This document shows, one piece after another, positions 8,783 to 18,441 of a DNA stretch of 52,241 nt. Location of the stretch: sequence record SRR31156797_1333; one strand, written 5' to 3'. A program made the position numbers and the translations under genes. The stretch's first letter is position 1. Every line of letters begins with the position of its first letter. Below the pieces are notes generated by a model that saw only the letters and a list, made by a program, of their open reading frames with translations, had not been told where the DNA came from and did not search any database.

Positions 8783-9502
8783 ATGATACCTAAAAAGAAT
8801 CCAAATGCAGATTTGGAAAAACGGAAGTCGTTATTTTTTGAAATTGGATTAGTTGTAGCTTTGGCGATAACCTTTATTTCTTTTGAATGGAAATCGAATG
8901 TAAAAGAAGTTGTAGATATTAAACAGGTTGGTGAGTTTACAATTGATGAGGAAATGGTACCTATTACCAGACAGGAAGAGATAAAAGTTCTACCAAAACT
9001 GCCACCAAAAATCAGGGTAACCGATGTAATTACAATAGTTGATGATGATGTTGAAATTGAAGAAGAATTAGAAATTGTTGAAATTGACATCGATCAGGAA
9101 ACAGAAATTGATTTTCAGCAACCAATTGAAGTATATGCAGAAGAAGAGGTTGATGATGAAGCTCAGATTTTTGTTATTGTAGAGGAAATGCCAATTTTCC
9201 GACCAGATATTTGTAAAAATAAAAAGGAAGGAGATGAGGAACTTTATCGATACATATACTCTCAAATTAAATACCCGGTAATTGCTCGAGAGAATGGTAT
9301 AACGGGAAGAGTTTTTGTGAAATTTATAGTTGGGAAAGATGGTGGAGTTTATAACGTAGAAATTCTAAGAGGTGTTGATCCTACTTTGGATAAAGAAGCT
9401 ATTCGTGTAATTGAAAATTTACCTAAGTTTCAACCTGGAATGCAAAGAGGCAAACCGGTTAAAGTTTCCTATACCTCAGTTATAAAATTTGTATTGCAAT
9501 AA
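8783..9502 (+). CDS. tonB: Energy transducer TonB (paralog 3)
   Basis: MIPKKNPNADLE, TM, acidic linker, YPVIARENGITGRVFVKFIV. Confidence 0.93.
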   Translation: MIPKKNPNADLEKRKSLFFEIGLVVALAITFISFEWKSNVKEVVDIKQVGEFTIDEEMVPITRQEEIKVLPKLPPKIRVTDVITIVDDDVEIEEELEIVEIDIDQETEIDFQQPIEVYAEEEVDDEAQIFVIVEEMPIFRPDICKNKKEGDEELYRYIYSQIKYPVIARENGITGRVFVKFIVGKDGGVYNVEILRGVDPTLDKEAIRVIENLPKFQPGMQRGKPVKVSYTSVIKFVLQ

Positions 9503-9522
9503 TTAAGTACACAGACTTGATA

Positions 9523-9559
9523 AAGAGAAGTCCGCTAATTTAAAAAGCGGACTTTTTTT
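9523..9559. terminator. Rho-independent terminator, probably bidirectional
   Basis: AAGTCCGCT...AGCGGACTT stem, A-rich upstream and T-tract downstream, between convergent genes. Confidence 0.8.
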
Positions 9560-9561
9560 CA

Positions 9562-10221
9562 TTATATAATTGTCGTTTCAATACATGCTGCCTTTGCATA
9601 TTTTTTTAGCAAATTAATGGCATAATTCATTGATTCAGGTAAATCAATCTCCGATTGAAAACTTATAATAATCATTAAAAAGTTGGTGCATTCGGTGTTA
9701 ATCGAAGTTCGAATTGAATCGCTTGTTGGACTGCCAAAAGCTCCTATATCATCCCTAAATACGGGTAAAAACTCAATGTTTAATTTTCCCTTTCCAATGC
9801 CTTGATAATCTTCTTCTTTTTTTCCAATGCCAAATTCTACATCTCCAATGATTTTATCAGCATTGTAACCTCCTATTGAAAATCCACTTTCAATCGAAAC
9901 CAAATTCAGCAAATCAACTATATTATTTATTTTGTATAAACCTTTGCCATTTACAATACGGCGCAATAAAGCTTCCGCAGACAAGCGATATCTGCTCGGA
10001 TGCTTACCTACTGCTTTATATCCTTGTTTTGAGCTTTTTATTGTCGATATATCCCGAATTTTCTCAATGCTCAATTCATTTGTCTTCTTTTTTATAGAGT
10101 TATCAATTACTTCCCATAGAGCAGCATTGTTTTCTTCGGTTACTACCTCGCATTGAATAATTCCCAGTCTTAAATCTGGACAAAGAGATTTTAGTTGGTT
10201 TTCAATTTCTATATTGGTCAT
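9562..10221 (-). CDS. B3/B4 domain protein (PheRS beta editing-domain-like)
   Basis: PSRYRLSAEALLRR, INNIVDLLNLVS, GSPTSDS motifs. Start moved to ATG 10221 because a -7 box TATTTTTG occupies 10258-10265. Confidence 0.85.
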   Translation of the reverse strand: MTNIEIENQLKSLCPDLRLGIIQCEVVTEENNAALWEVIDNSIKKKTNELSIEKIRDISTIKSSKQGYKAVGKHPSRYRLSAEALLRRIVNGKGLYKINNIVDLLNLVSIESGFSIGGYNADKIIGDVEFGIGKKEEDYQGIGKGKLNIEFLPVFRDDIGAFGSPTSDSIRTSINTECTNFLMIIISFQSEIDLPESMNYAINLLKKYAKAACIETTII

Positions 10222-10374
10222 TTCTGTGTTTAAATATTGATAATTCGGTTTTCCATTCAAAAATAGGAAATTTTAAAACTAAAAAAATTAGTCTATCATT
10301 AAATTATTTTATCATAAATTTTTTATCAGAAAAGATATTGCATAACTTTAATGGAAATCGTAGAATTTAAGTTT

Positions 10375-11097
10375 ATGCAAGGTAAAACAGCATTAATAAC
10401 TGGTGGAGCAAAACGTATAGGAAAATATTTAGCCAATTATCTGGCTGAAAAGGGATATCATATTGCCATTCATTATAATTCTTCGAAAATAGAAGCTTTA
10501 AAATTACAAGCTGAATTGCAATCAAAATATGTAAATGGTGTTTTTAAAATATTCCATTGTGATTTAAGTGATGAAAATGATGTTGAGAGGTTGATGGATA
10601 AAGTAATGATGCACTTCGATAGAATTGATTTATTGGTGAATAATGCATCGGTTTTTGAACCTGGTATAATTCGTGAAAGTAGTGTGAAACTTTATAATAA
10701 TCAGTTCGATATAAATCTTAAAGCACCTTTTATTTTAACTAGAGATTTTGCCTTGAATAATACGAAGGGGAATATTATTAATTTCTTGGATACTCGAATT
10801 TCTAACAATAATAACTCTCATTCTGCTTACAGCATATCTAAGGTTGGTTTGGCTCATTTAACTAAAATGGCGGCATTGGAATTTGGTCCTGATATTCGTG
10901 TAAATGGAATAGCTCCGGGAGCAACTTTACCACCCGAAGGGAAAGGGGATGATTACCTGGCGAAGGTAGCAGAAAAAACTCCAATGAAGTTTCCAGGTGG
11001 CATTGAACCGATTTTACAATCAGTAAATTATATATTAACTAATAAAAATCTTACCGGTCAAATCTTGTATTGCGACGGTGGAGAACAACTCTTATAA
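10375..11097 (+). CDS. Pteridine reductase-type SDR (FolM/PTR1-like)
   Basis: TGGAKRIG, IHY, NNAS.F, YSISK, VNGIAPG, GQIL..DGG; adjacent to folX/folK-like genes. Confidence 0.8.
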   Translation: MQGKTALITGGAKRIGKYLANYLAEKGYHIAIHYNSSKIEALKLQAELQSKYVNGVFKIFHCDLSDENDVERLMDKVMMHFDRIDLLVNNASVFEPGIIRESSVKLYNNQFDINLKAPFILTRDFALNNTKGNIINFLDTRISNNNNSHSAYSISKVGLAHLTKMAALEFGPDIRVNGIAPGATLPPEGKGDDYLAKVAEKTPMKFPGGIEPILQSVNYILTNKNLTGQILYCDGGEQLL

Positions 11098-11106
11098 ATT
11101 TTGCTT

Positions 11107-11457
11107 ATGGCGATTATTCGTGTAAAAAATCTGTTAATTCGAACGTATATTGGTTTTAATCCTGATGAATTGAGAAACAAGCAAGATGTTGTTATAAATA
11201 TGACGATTAAAGCTAATGTTGAGGAAGCGATTAAGAATGATGATGTTGAGAATTCGTACAATTATAAAACCATTACAAAAAAAGTGATTGCTCTGGTACA
11301 GGAAGGTAAATTTAAAATGTTAGAGAATTTAACTCAGCAGATATTAGATTTAATCCTGCTAAATCCTCAGGTAGAATGGGCTAAAGTAGAAGTAGACAAA
11401 CCTCATGCTTTGCGTTTCGCAGAATCTGTTTCAATTGAATTGGAGTCGAGTCGGTAA
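11107..11457 (+). CDS. folX: FolB-superfamily protein, most like dihydroneopterin triphosphate 2'-epimerase FolX
   Basis: AIIRVKNLLIRTYIG...KQDVVIN...NYKTITK...LENLTQ...VDKPHALRFAESVS closely parallels E. coli FolX as recalled. Confidence 0.75.
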   Translation: MAIIRVKNLLIRTYIGFNPDELRNKQDVVINMTIKANVEEAIKNDDVENSYNYKTITKKVIALVQEGKFKMLENLTQQILDLILLNPQVEWAKVEVDKPHALRFAESVSIELESSR

Positions 11458-11474
11458 ACTTACTTTTTTATATT

Positions 11475-11843
11475 ATGAATGAATGTATTTTAGGTATAGG
11501 TTCGAATATTAATGCGGATAAAAATATCCGCAGAATGCTTTGTTTGTTGGCTAAAGATCATTGGGTTGGTAAACATTCCTCATGGCTGAAAACAGCGCCA
11601 ATTGGAATTACTGACCAGGATGATTTTGTAAATGGAGCAGTTCATGTTAAAACGAATCATGGAATCGAAGAATTTACCAAATATTTAAAACAATTAGAAG
11701 ATAAATTGGGAAGAGATCGGACTTTACCAAAATTTGGTCCGAGAACGATCGATTTGGATATTGTAGTTTGGAATGGAGAGATAAAAGATGAAGACTATTA
11801 TACAAGAGATTTTCTGAAGGATTCTGTCGATCAATTACTCTGA
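11475..11843 (+). CDS. folK: 6-hydroxymethyl-7,8-dihydropterin pyrophosphokinase (short FolK)
   Basis: LGIGSNI, F.N, LKQLEDKLGR, GPRTIDLDI. Confidence 0.88.
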   Translation: MNECILGIGSNINADKNIRRMLCLLAKDHWVGKHSSWLKTAPIGITDQDDFVNGAVHVKTNHGIEEFTKYLKQLEDKLGRDRTLPKFGPRTIDLDIVVWNGEIKDEDYYTRDFLKDSVDQLL

Positions 11844-12232
11844 TTTAAACTTTTAAGAAGTAAATTGACCAATTCAATGTCGGCCTCAGCCCAATCCAAA
11901 GTTTTCAAATCGGAAATGTTTACCCAACGAATGTTCTGATGAACATGAGTTTGAAATTCACCAGAAATATGTTCCACAAAAAAGGCTTTTAGTAGAATTA
12001 CCTTATTTCCATAATCGTATTCACTTTCTCCTAAATAAGCTATAACTTTTGTGCCAATATTTAATTCTTCCCTAAGTTCACGTACAATACATTCTTCTGC
12101 TGATTCACCATCTTCTATTTTTCCACCAGGAAATTCCCATTTCAGGCTGTGTTCATCTTTATGGCTTCTTTGAGCTGCAAGAATTCGGTTTTTCTTTTGA
12201 ATAACAGCAGCAGTAACTTCAATCTTATTCAT
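11831..12232 (-). CDS. NUDIX (d)NTP pyrophosphohydrolase, MutT/NudG-like
   Basis: WEFPGGKIEDGESAEECIVRELREELNI Nudix box. Confidence 0.92.
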   Translation of the reverse strand: MNKIEVTAAVIQKKNRILAAQRSHKDEHSLKWEFPGGKIEDGESAEECIVRELREELNIGTKVIAYLGESEYDYGNKVILLKAFFVEHISGEFQTHVHQNIRWVNISDLKTLDWAEADIELVNLLLKSLNQSN

Positions 12233-12613
12233 TTATTTACCTTCCTGTTTTGGAGTAAGTTCCTCAAGTAAGTTGGCTGCAAGTTTTACTAAGTTTTTGC
12301 AGGACATGCTGTAATTAAACCGTATATCGAAACAAGTTAGGTATTCTGATTTCTCTTGAAACCTTTGGCTAAACTTTTCGGACAATTCAGGATTGTCTTT
12401 TATTAATTCTAAAGCTGCAAAATAGGCTCCACAATTGCCATCTTTCGCTTTTCCATTTCCAAATTTAGAGAATTCTGAAATCTCATCGTTGCTAATATTG
12501 TATTCATCCTGAAAAGCTTTGTATATAGCTTGTGCACAGTTATAATATCCTGGTGGCTTATGAAAGTATTTTAAGGCAATATCAGCCTTACTTTTTTTGT
12601 AAAAAAAACTCAT
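12233..12613 (-). CDS. C-GCAxxG-C-C family putative redox protein
   Basis: NCAQA, FGNG, CGA and two downstream Cys. Confidence 0.75.
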   Translation of the reverse strand: MSFFYKKSKADIALKYFHKPPGYYNCAQAIYKAFQDEYNISNDEISEFSKFGNGKAKDGNCGAYFAALELIKDNPELSEKFSQRFQEKSEYLTCFDIRFNYSMSCKNLVKLAANLLEELTPKQEGK

Positions 12614-12638
12614 TGTAAAGGTTCAAGTTGGTTACTAG

Positions 12639-12671
12639 CAAATGTAGGATTTTCTTTAGATTTCAAGCAAA
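12639..12671 (-). promoter_or_regulatory. Primary-sigma promoter for the 12613/12232 genes
   Basis: TTTG (12668-12671), 21-nt spacer, TACATTTG (12639-12646). Confidence 0.7.
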
Positions 12672-12969
12672 TAATAATATGGTTTTGTAACACAATTGTA
12701 CTGAATGAAAAAATAATTTGTACCCGTTTGTCTAAGATTATTGAATAATTTACTTGATTATTATTGTTATTAATTGGCAGAACTTGTTTTGGTGTTATTA
12801 TAGATCATTAATACAAATGTTTTTTTATTAATAAATAAGAAAATATTCATTATTTCCAGCCTTCCTGTTAGTCTATAATTTATATTAATTCTAATATTTT
12901 TGGTGTGTTATATTAGTTATGTATGATATATATTTGAATTTTAAATTTAAACCCGAAATAAAATTATCT

Positions 12970-14844
12970 ATGAATTTACGAATTAAGAAAAGGATTGTAT
13001 TGTCATTTTTTATGATATCATTATTTGTATCAGCAAAGGCACAGGATAACTTGTGGCAAGTTGATTTAAAAGACGCTTTGTATGAAGTTGGGTGGATTAA
13101 ACAATCTAACGAAGGTTATATTATAGCTTCTGGAGCTAAGGGACTTTTGGCTATGAACAATGAAACTGGCAAGACTGTGTGGCACAATAAAGAATTTAAA
13201 GCTGTAAATAAAAATTCTTTTATGACGATTGATGGTTTACCTATTATGTATTTCGATTATGCTCCGGTTGTTGGAAAGGTAAGAGGGATTCTTATGAATT
13301 CGAGTACCGGTGAGGTTTTGTTTGATACTAAAGATGAAGGATACAGAATTAAAGACTTCACCATAATGCAGGATAAAGGAATTATTTTATTTGAATTGTT
13401 GAAAGGGGATGAGCGAAACTTAATGAGTTTTAGTTTGAAGTCATGGAAAAAAGAATGGATAGCTTCTGTAGGCGAATCGAAAGGACTTATTAAAAAATAT
13501 AAAAAAATAAGTTTTATCAATCATGGACCATTTTTTAATACTACTAATAATATGATTGTTGGTATAAGTAATAAAATTTACTGTATTAATATTAAGGATG
13601 GTAGTATTATCTGGCAACATGAAGCTAATAAGAAAATTAATGCTCTTGTTTTTTCTGAAGCTAATAATAGCCTTTATGTTGGGATAAAAAAGTCAAAAAA
13701 ATTAAAAGTGCTTGATCCAAATAATGGTTCTGATATTACACCTGGCAAATTAAAATTAAAAGGTACTCTAGTAGATGTGAGAGCTAATGATGATGGGAAT
13801 TTAATTCTTGTAGAAACGGAAGGATTTAATATTATTGATATTAAAACAAATAATTTTATATGGAAGAGAAGTTTTAAAATTGATTATTTGGAGGAAGTTA
13901 TTCCTCATGAAAAAGGTTTTATTGCAATCGGAAAGAATGAAAAAGAGGGAGCCGTAGCTTTGGTTGATAGAGAAGGAGATGATTTGTGGGAGAGTAAAAT
14001 TAAAGGATATTCGTATTACGTTACGCCAACAACAAACGGAATTCTATACATTTCGACAGAGAGATCAAATATTTTGGATTTTGAAAAAGGAAAAGACGTT
14101 TGGGATCGAGATGTTAAATTTAAGTCGATACCTGCAGTAACCTATGATGAAAATGAAGAGAAAATAATTCTCTTTGAGAATAAAAAAGCATATAAGTTTG
14201 ATTTAAATACTGGAATGATTAATCTTTTTGCAGAAGATGTAACATTGGAAAATGTGAAAAAGAAGACTCCTCTTGTAGCAGAGTATGTTAAAGGATCGGG
14301 GTATCTATTAAATACAGGCCAACACATTTCATTGTTGTCGCCTAAAGGAGAGCTTATTTATAGCAAGTATTTCGAGCCGGCATCAGATATGGGAGGAATT
14401 AAAGAAGCTGCTCAGCTTGGTTTATTCATCGCTGGTGTTGATTTCGATATTCAGGGAAGTTTGGATAATATTGAAATGTTATCGTCATTATCGAATGGTG
14501 CATATAGAACCTCTCAAGATCAAACGGACGCGACATCTGAAACTAGTGTGGTTGGAGGATTGTACTTAGAGTCTACTGATGGCAGTTCTGTGCCTGTTAT
14601 TGAAATTACGAAAACGAGATATTCTAACTCAAAATCAATAAAATCGCATAAGTTTATTGTAGCAAAAGTTAAAGCTAAGGATAGTCCAACAAAGCATTTT
14701 ATTTATAAAGTAAATAAATCAACAGGTAAGGCTGATATTCAAATCGAACTTATGGATAAAACACCAAACTATGTTATTGATGAAATTGATAATATTGTTG
14801 TTATAAATGAGAAGAACCACCTAATTAGCACTTTTAAGTTCTAG
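12970..14844 (+). CDS. Secreted PQQ-like beta-propeller repeat protein
   Basis: Signal peptide (..FVSAKAQ) and repeated G.(V/I).W motifs (ETGKTVW, KDGSIIW, EGDDLW, KGKDVW). Confidence 0.75.
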   Translation: MNLRIKKRIVLSFFMISLFVSAKAQDNLWQVDLKDALYEVGWIKQSNEGYIIASGAKGLLAMNNETGKTVWHNKEFKAVNKNSFMTIDGLPIMYFDYAPVVGKVRGILMNSSTGEVLFDTKDEGYRIKDFTIMQDKGIILFELLKGDERNLMSFSLKSWKKEWIASVGESKGLIKKYKKISFINHGPFFNTTNNMIVGISNKIYCINIKDGSIIWQHEANKKINALVFSEANNSLYVGIKKSKKLKVLDPNNGSDITPGKLKLKGTLVDVRANDDGNLILVETEGFNIIDIKTNNFIWKRSFKIDYLEEVIPHEKGFIAIGKNEKEGAVALVDREGDDLWESKIKGYSYYVTPTTNGILYISTERSNILDFEKGKDVWDRDVKFKSIPAVTYDENEEKIILFENKKAYKFDLNTGMINLFAEDVTLENVKKKTPLVAEYVKGSGYLLNTGQHISLLSPKGELIYSKYFEPASDMGGIKEAAQLGLFIAGVDFDIQGSLDNIEMLSSLSNGAYRTSQDQTDATSETSVVGGLYLESTDGSSVPVIEITKTRYSNSKSIKSHKFIVAKVKAKDSPTKHFIYKVNKSTGKADIQIELMDKTPNYVIDEIDNIVVINEKNHLISTFKF

Positions 14845-14865
14845 TGCTTAGATATAGAATAAGTT

Positions 14866-14894
14866 AAAGGTTGTCAATTTGACAACCTTTTTTT
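14866..14894 (+). terminator. Rho-independent terminator
   Basis: AAAGGTTGTCA-ATT-TGACAACCTTT followed by a T-tract. Confidence 0.85.
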
Positions 14895-14996
14895 ATTTAA
14901 AATGAATCTAACGATTTGCTTATTGTTCAATTGTTAATGATTGTGTAATTTAACATTTTAAAAGTATTATTACTTTCATATAAAAGGAAAAATAAA

Positions 14997-15653
14997 ATGG
15001 GGAATAAAAATCCATGGATATTTGGCTTAATCATTTTATGTTTTTTTACCTATTATGCATGGAATGGTTTCACTTTACCAACAGTTTTTTTTGGAGAAAC
15101 GATAAAGAAGGAGGCGATTGTGTATGAAACTAAATTTCGAATGGGGAAGCTCGGAAAGGGATGGAGACAAACCATTCGTTATTTTTATTTTGTAGATGGT
15201 GAACGCTATGATGGTAGATATTCCTTAAGAGGTAAGCAAAAACATCAGAAGGTTGGCAATAAAATTTCCTTAACGGTGTCAGTATCTAATCCTGAAAAAC
15301 ATAAAGTAAGAGCTTTTTATCAGTATGAGAAGTTTTATTACAAAACAGAACGAAAATTTTATGTTCCTCAAAGTGTTGGGTATAAGAATCTATTTCTGGA
15401 TAAAGATGTTTTTCAGATTGAGAATTTTTCCATTCAAAATGATTCAATTTCTAAAATATTTGGGCAGGTTAGACACCTTAATGATACTACAATTGTTTTA
15501 GAACCAATTGTCTTTTATTATCTAACCAAAACTCATTTCAATTATAAGATTATTAATGAAAATGATTCGAAGAAATATCTCCAAAATTCAAAATATTTTT
15601 ATCGTGATGGAATGTCTGTGCTAACCAATGGTATTGAGGAATTTTGGAATTAA
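14997..15653 (+). CDS. Hypothetical membrane-anchored protein
   Basis: 218-aa ORF with N-terminal TM; YFYFVDGERYDG is reminiscent of DUF3592-type domains. Confidence 0.65.
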   Translation: MGNKNPWIFGLIILCFFTYYAWNGFTLPTVFFGETIKKEAIVYETKFRMGKLGKGWRQTIRYFYFVDGERYDGRYSLRGKQKHQKVGNKISLTVSVSNPEKHKVRAFYQYEKFYYKTERKFYVPQSVGYKNLFLDKDVFQIENFSIQNDSISKIFGQVRHLNDTTIVLEPIVFYYLTKTHFNYKIINENDSKKYLQNSKYFYRDGMSVLTNGIEEFWN

Positions 15654-16063
15654 ATTTGATTTAAACGATGTTTTAAGCTATTGATTTTCTTTTCCAAACT
15701 TAATGAGAATTCGTTGGATTCTTTTTCTACAAACTCAAATAAGGTTAGAGATTTTTCAAAATATTCAATTGCAGATATTTTTTGATTATTAGTTAATTCT
15801 AATTCTCCTTCAGCAAAGAAAAGCTCAGCTAATATTTGTAGGTGTCCATTTGTGTAATTGTGTTTTGTAAGCAAATTATCCGTTAGCTGATCTTTAGGGA
15901 TTTTCCTAAAGTAGGAGGCGTCTTCTTTCAAGAAATCGCGATATGCATTTTCTAAAATTTTTGAAGCTTGCTTTGAATCTCCTTTTTTTACTAAACCTAT
16001 AATACGGGCAATTACTTCCGCTATCATTTCTATCATTCTAAGGATATAATCTTTCTGATACAT
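15650..16063 (-). CDS. Conserved helical hypothetical protein (DUF6483-like)
   Basis: MYQKDYILRMIE N-terminus typical of this family; TPR-like helices. Confidence 0.7.
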   Translation of the reverse strand: MYQKDYILRMIEMIAEVIARIIGLVKKGDSKQASKILENAYRDFLKEDASYFRKIPKDQLTDNLLTKHNYTNGHLQILAELFFAEGELELTNNQKISAIEYFEKSLTLFEFVEKESNEFSLSLEKKINSLKHRLNQI

Positions 16064-16134
16064 GAATTGAGTTTTTGAATTGGAAGTCTAATTTAGCATT
16101 AAATATGGAATGTACTGTTAAGTTTGATGTGAAT

Positions 16135-18420
16135 TTACACTTTAACTAATGGAGCCCAGGCTGAAGCAAAACTCTTTTCTCCAAATTTACCGAAATCACA
16201 AATTACATCTTGAGCATTTGCAGATGTAATTACTCCTGTACCATATTTTGGATGTTTTATTTTTGTTCCAACTTTCCACTTAGAATCAGTTTTTATTTCT
16301 TCTTCATGTTTTGGAATTTGTGCATCAATGACAGGGGAAGGTTTTTCAATTAATGAACTGGGAATAGAATTTAAAAAATAGGAGGGACCATCCTGTGCAT
16401 TCCATGAATTGGATTGAGTATGCCAGGATATTTCCATATGATTTCGGGCACGAGTTAAGGCAACAAAGAGCAATCGTTTCTCTTCTTTCAAGTGATCATG
16501 ACCAGCTTTTTTCCGTTCTAATGGAATTATTCCTGAGTTTGCGCCACTCAGAAATACATAATCAAATTCTAAGCCTTTTGCAGCATGAATGGTCAACAAT
16601 CGAACTCCATTGCTAACCTTTTGAAATCCATTGTTAATTTGAAAATGCCCCTCTAAATTCACCTGACTCATTGCTGCCTGATATATTTCCAACCAATCAC
16701 CAAAATAATTTTTCGATGTATAAAGGTTTAGTTCCTCTAGTGCATTTTTAATATCAGAAACATATTCCTGATAGTTTATTGATGTTGGTTTTAAAAAGAA
16801 ATCCAGAGATAAATAATCGTATAAATTTAGATTGTCTTTATGTGAATTGAAGTAATTTGGTAAACCCAATAATTTTTTTGATAGTTCAATATGTTGGTTG
16901 TGTTTTTTATGCTTCACTGATAAGAAGTATGAAAAAGCTTCTAATTTTGATTTAAATTCTTTCCCTTCGTTAAATTTATTAAATGAGGTAAGCAAGCTTT
17001 TACCAGCTTTTACGCATCCAAAATCTGATGAAGTAAATACTTGTAAAATGCTATCCATATCATTAGGATGTAATCCTGACAGGAGTAATTTTTGTAACCA
17101 AAAAAGAGCTGCTTGTTCGCGCAAACTTGTTTTACTTACAAGTTCGAAAGGAATTTCTTCTAGCTGAAAAATCGATTCGAATATGGCTATTTGTTGTCGG
17201 GTACGAAAAAGAATGGCTATTTCTTCCCACGAAGTACCATTGCGGTTTAGCTCTTTAAATTTTTGTACATAATAGTACGCTTCCTGATGGTCGTTAAAAT
17301 GATTTCTGATAATCAATTTTTTTCCTTCTGAACGGGTTGCTTGCAAGGCATTTTCATCCTCTTGTAATAAACATGCTGCCGCATCAAGCAATTGTCCGGA
17401 AGTTCTGTAATTGAGAGGTAATCGCATGATTTTACATGAACAGTCCTCAATATAATTTTGAAATATTTTGTTCGTACTTCCTCTCCATGCATAAATGCTT
17501 TGGTTTGGATCACCAACAGCAAAAAAATGAGTTTGATCATTGCTTAGATTTTGGATCAGCTCAAGTTGTTCATTATTACAATCCTGAAACTCATCTACAA
17601 TAATCCAATCCGGAAGAAATGTTTGTTGCTGATTTAGGAGCCAATTAGAAACAGTAATTAAATCATCAAAATCCATTAGGTTATTCGCTTGCTTTTCTTT
17701 CCGAGATAGTTTAAGTAGCTGATCTAAGTCATCGGCCTTCTTCATGTTTCCATAAAGAATTTGCTTTTCATTACGGTATTGTTTTAATCGTTTATCGAGT
17801 TTGTTGCGATATTTTACATCCAATTCATTACTCAAAATAAGGCGTTGTAAAAAATCCTCTTTCGCTTCCTGATCCATGATTGAAAATGTAGAAGTAAAGC
17901 CTAACTCTTTCAACTTTGGATGCTCTTTTAATAATTGACGGGCAAAGGAATGAAATGTGCCAAAATATCGCAATTCGTTCGTGTCAGTAGGCGTTGCATT
18001 TCCATATAAGGATAGAATTCTTTCTCTTATTTCTCGTGCAGCTTTATTGGTGAACGTTAAAACTGCCATTTGAGATAAAGGAACACCTTTTATAAAATGG
18101 AGATATAAGATCTTATGAGTTAAGACGGTGGTTTTACCGCTGCCAACCATTGCACTTAATAAAACTTTTTTATCATCAGAAAAAACGGCTTGTAATTGAT
18201 ATGCATTTAATTTCTTAAGAACAGATGCCAGTTCTTTATGAATGGATTCAATCTCTTTAAATTGTTTGCTGTATTCGCCTGATGGCTCAGTGAATCTATC
18301 CGTAGGAATATGGTGGGTGTTTTCAGGAACACCTTCGGATTCGAAAGTAGCAATAGGATCAAATTCATTGCCTTCGAATTCAGTATTTTTAAATTTTCTA
18401 TGTAGTCTTTTTAAGCTCAA
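16135..18420 (-). CDS. UvrD/PcrA-family SF1 DNA helicase with C-terminal Tudor-like domain
   Basis: AMVGSGKTT, TFTNKAA, GTFHS, VDEFQD, VGDPNQSIYAWRG, NYRT, TIHAAKGLEF, EEKRLLFVALTRA; C-terminal VGTKIKHPKYGTG. Confidence 0.93.
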   Translation of the reverse strand: MSLKRLHRKFKNTEFEGNEFDPIATFESEGVPENTHHIPTDRFTEPSGEYSKQFKEIESIHKELASVLKKLNAYQLQAVFSDDKKVLLSAMVGSGKTTVLTHKILYLHFIKGVPLSQMAVLTFTNKAAREIRERILSLYGNATPTDTNELRYFGTFHSFARQLLKEHPKLKELGFTSTFSIMDQEAKEDFLQRLILSNELDVKYRNKLDKRLKQYRNEKQILYGNMKKADDLDQLLKLSRKEKQANNLMDFDDLITVSNWLLNQQQTFLPDWIIVDEFQDCNNEQLELIQNLSNDQTHFFAVGDPNQSIYAWRGSTNKIFQNYIEDCSCKIMRLPLNYRTSGQLLDAAACLLQEDENALQATRSEGKKLIIRNHFNDHQEAYYYVQKFKELNRNGTSWEEIAILFRTRQQIAIFESIFQLEEIPFELVSKTSLREQAALFWLQKLLLSGLHPNDMDSILQVFTSSDFGCVKAGKSLLTSFNKFNEGKEFKSKLEAFSYFLSVKHKKHNQHIELSKKLLGLPNYFNSHKDNLNLYDYLSLDFFLKPTSINYQEYVSDIKNALEELNLYTSKNYFGDWLEIYQAAMSQVNLEGHFQINNGFQKVSNGVRLLTIHAAKGLEFDYVFLSGANSGIIPLERKKAGHDHLKEEKRLLFVALTRARNHMEISWHTQSNSWNAQDGPSYFLNSIPSSLIEKPSPVIDAQIPKHEEEIKTDSKWKVGTKIKHPKYGTGVITSANAQDVICDFGKFGEKSFASAWAPLVKV

Positions 18421-18441
18421 TTTATTGCGAATGTGTTGTTT

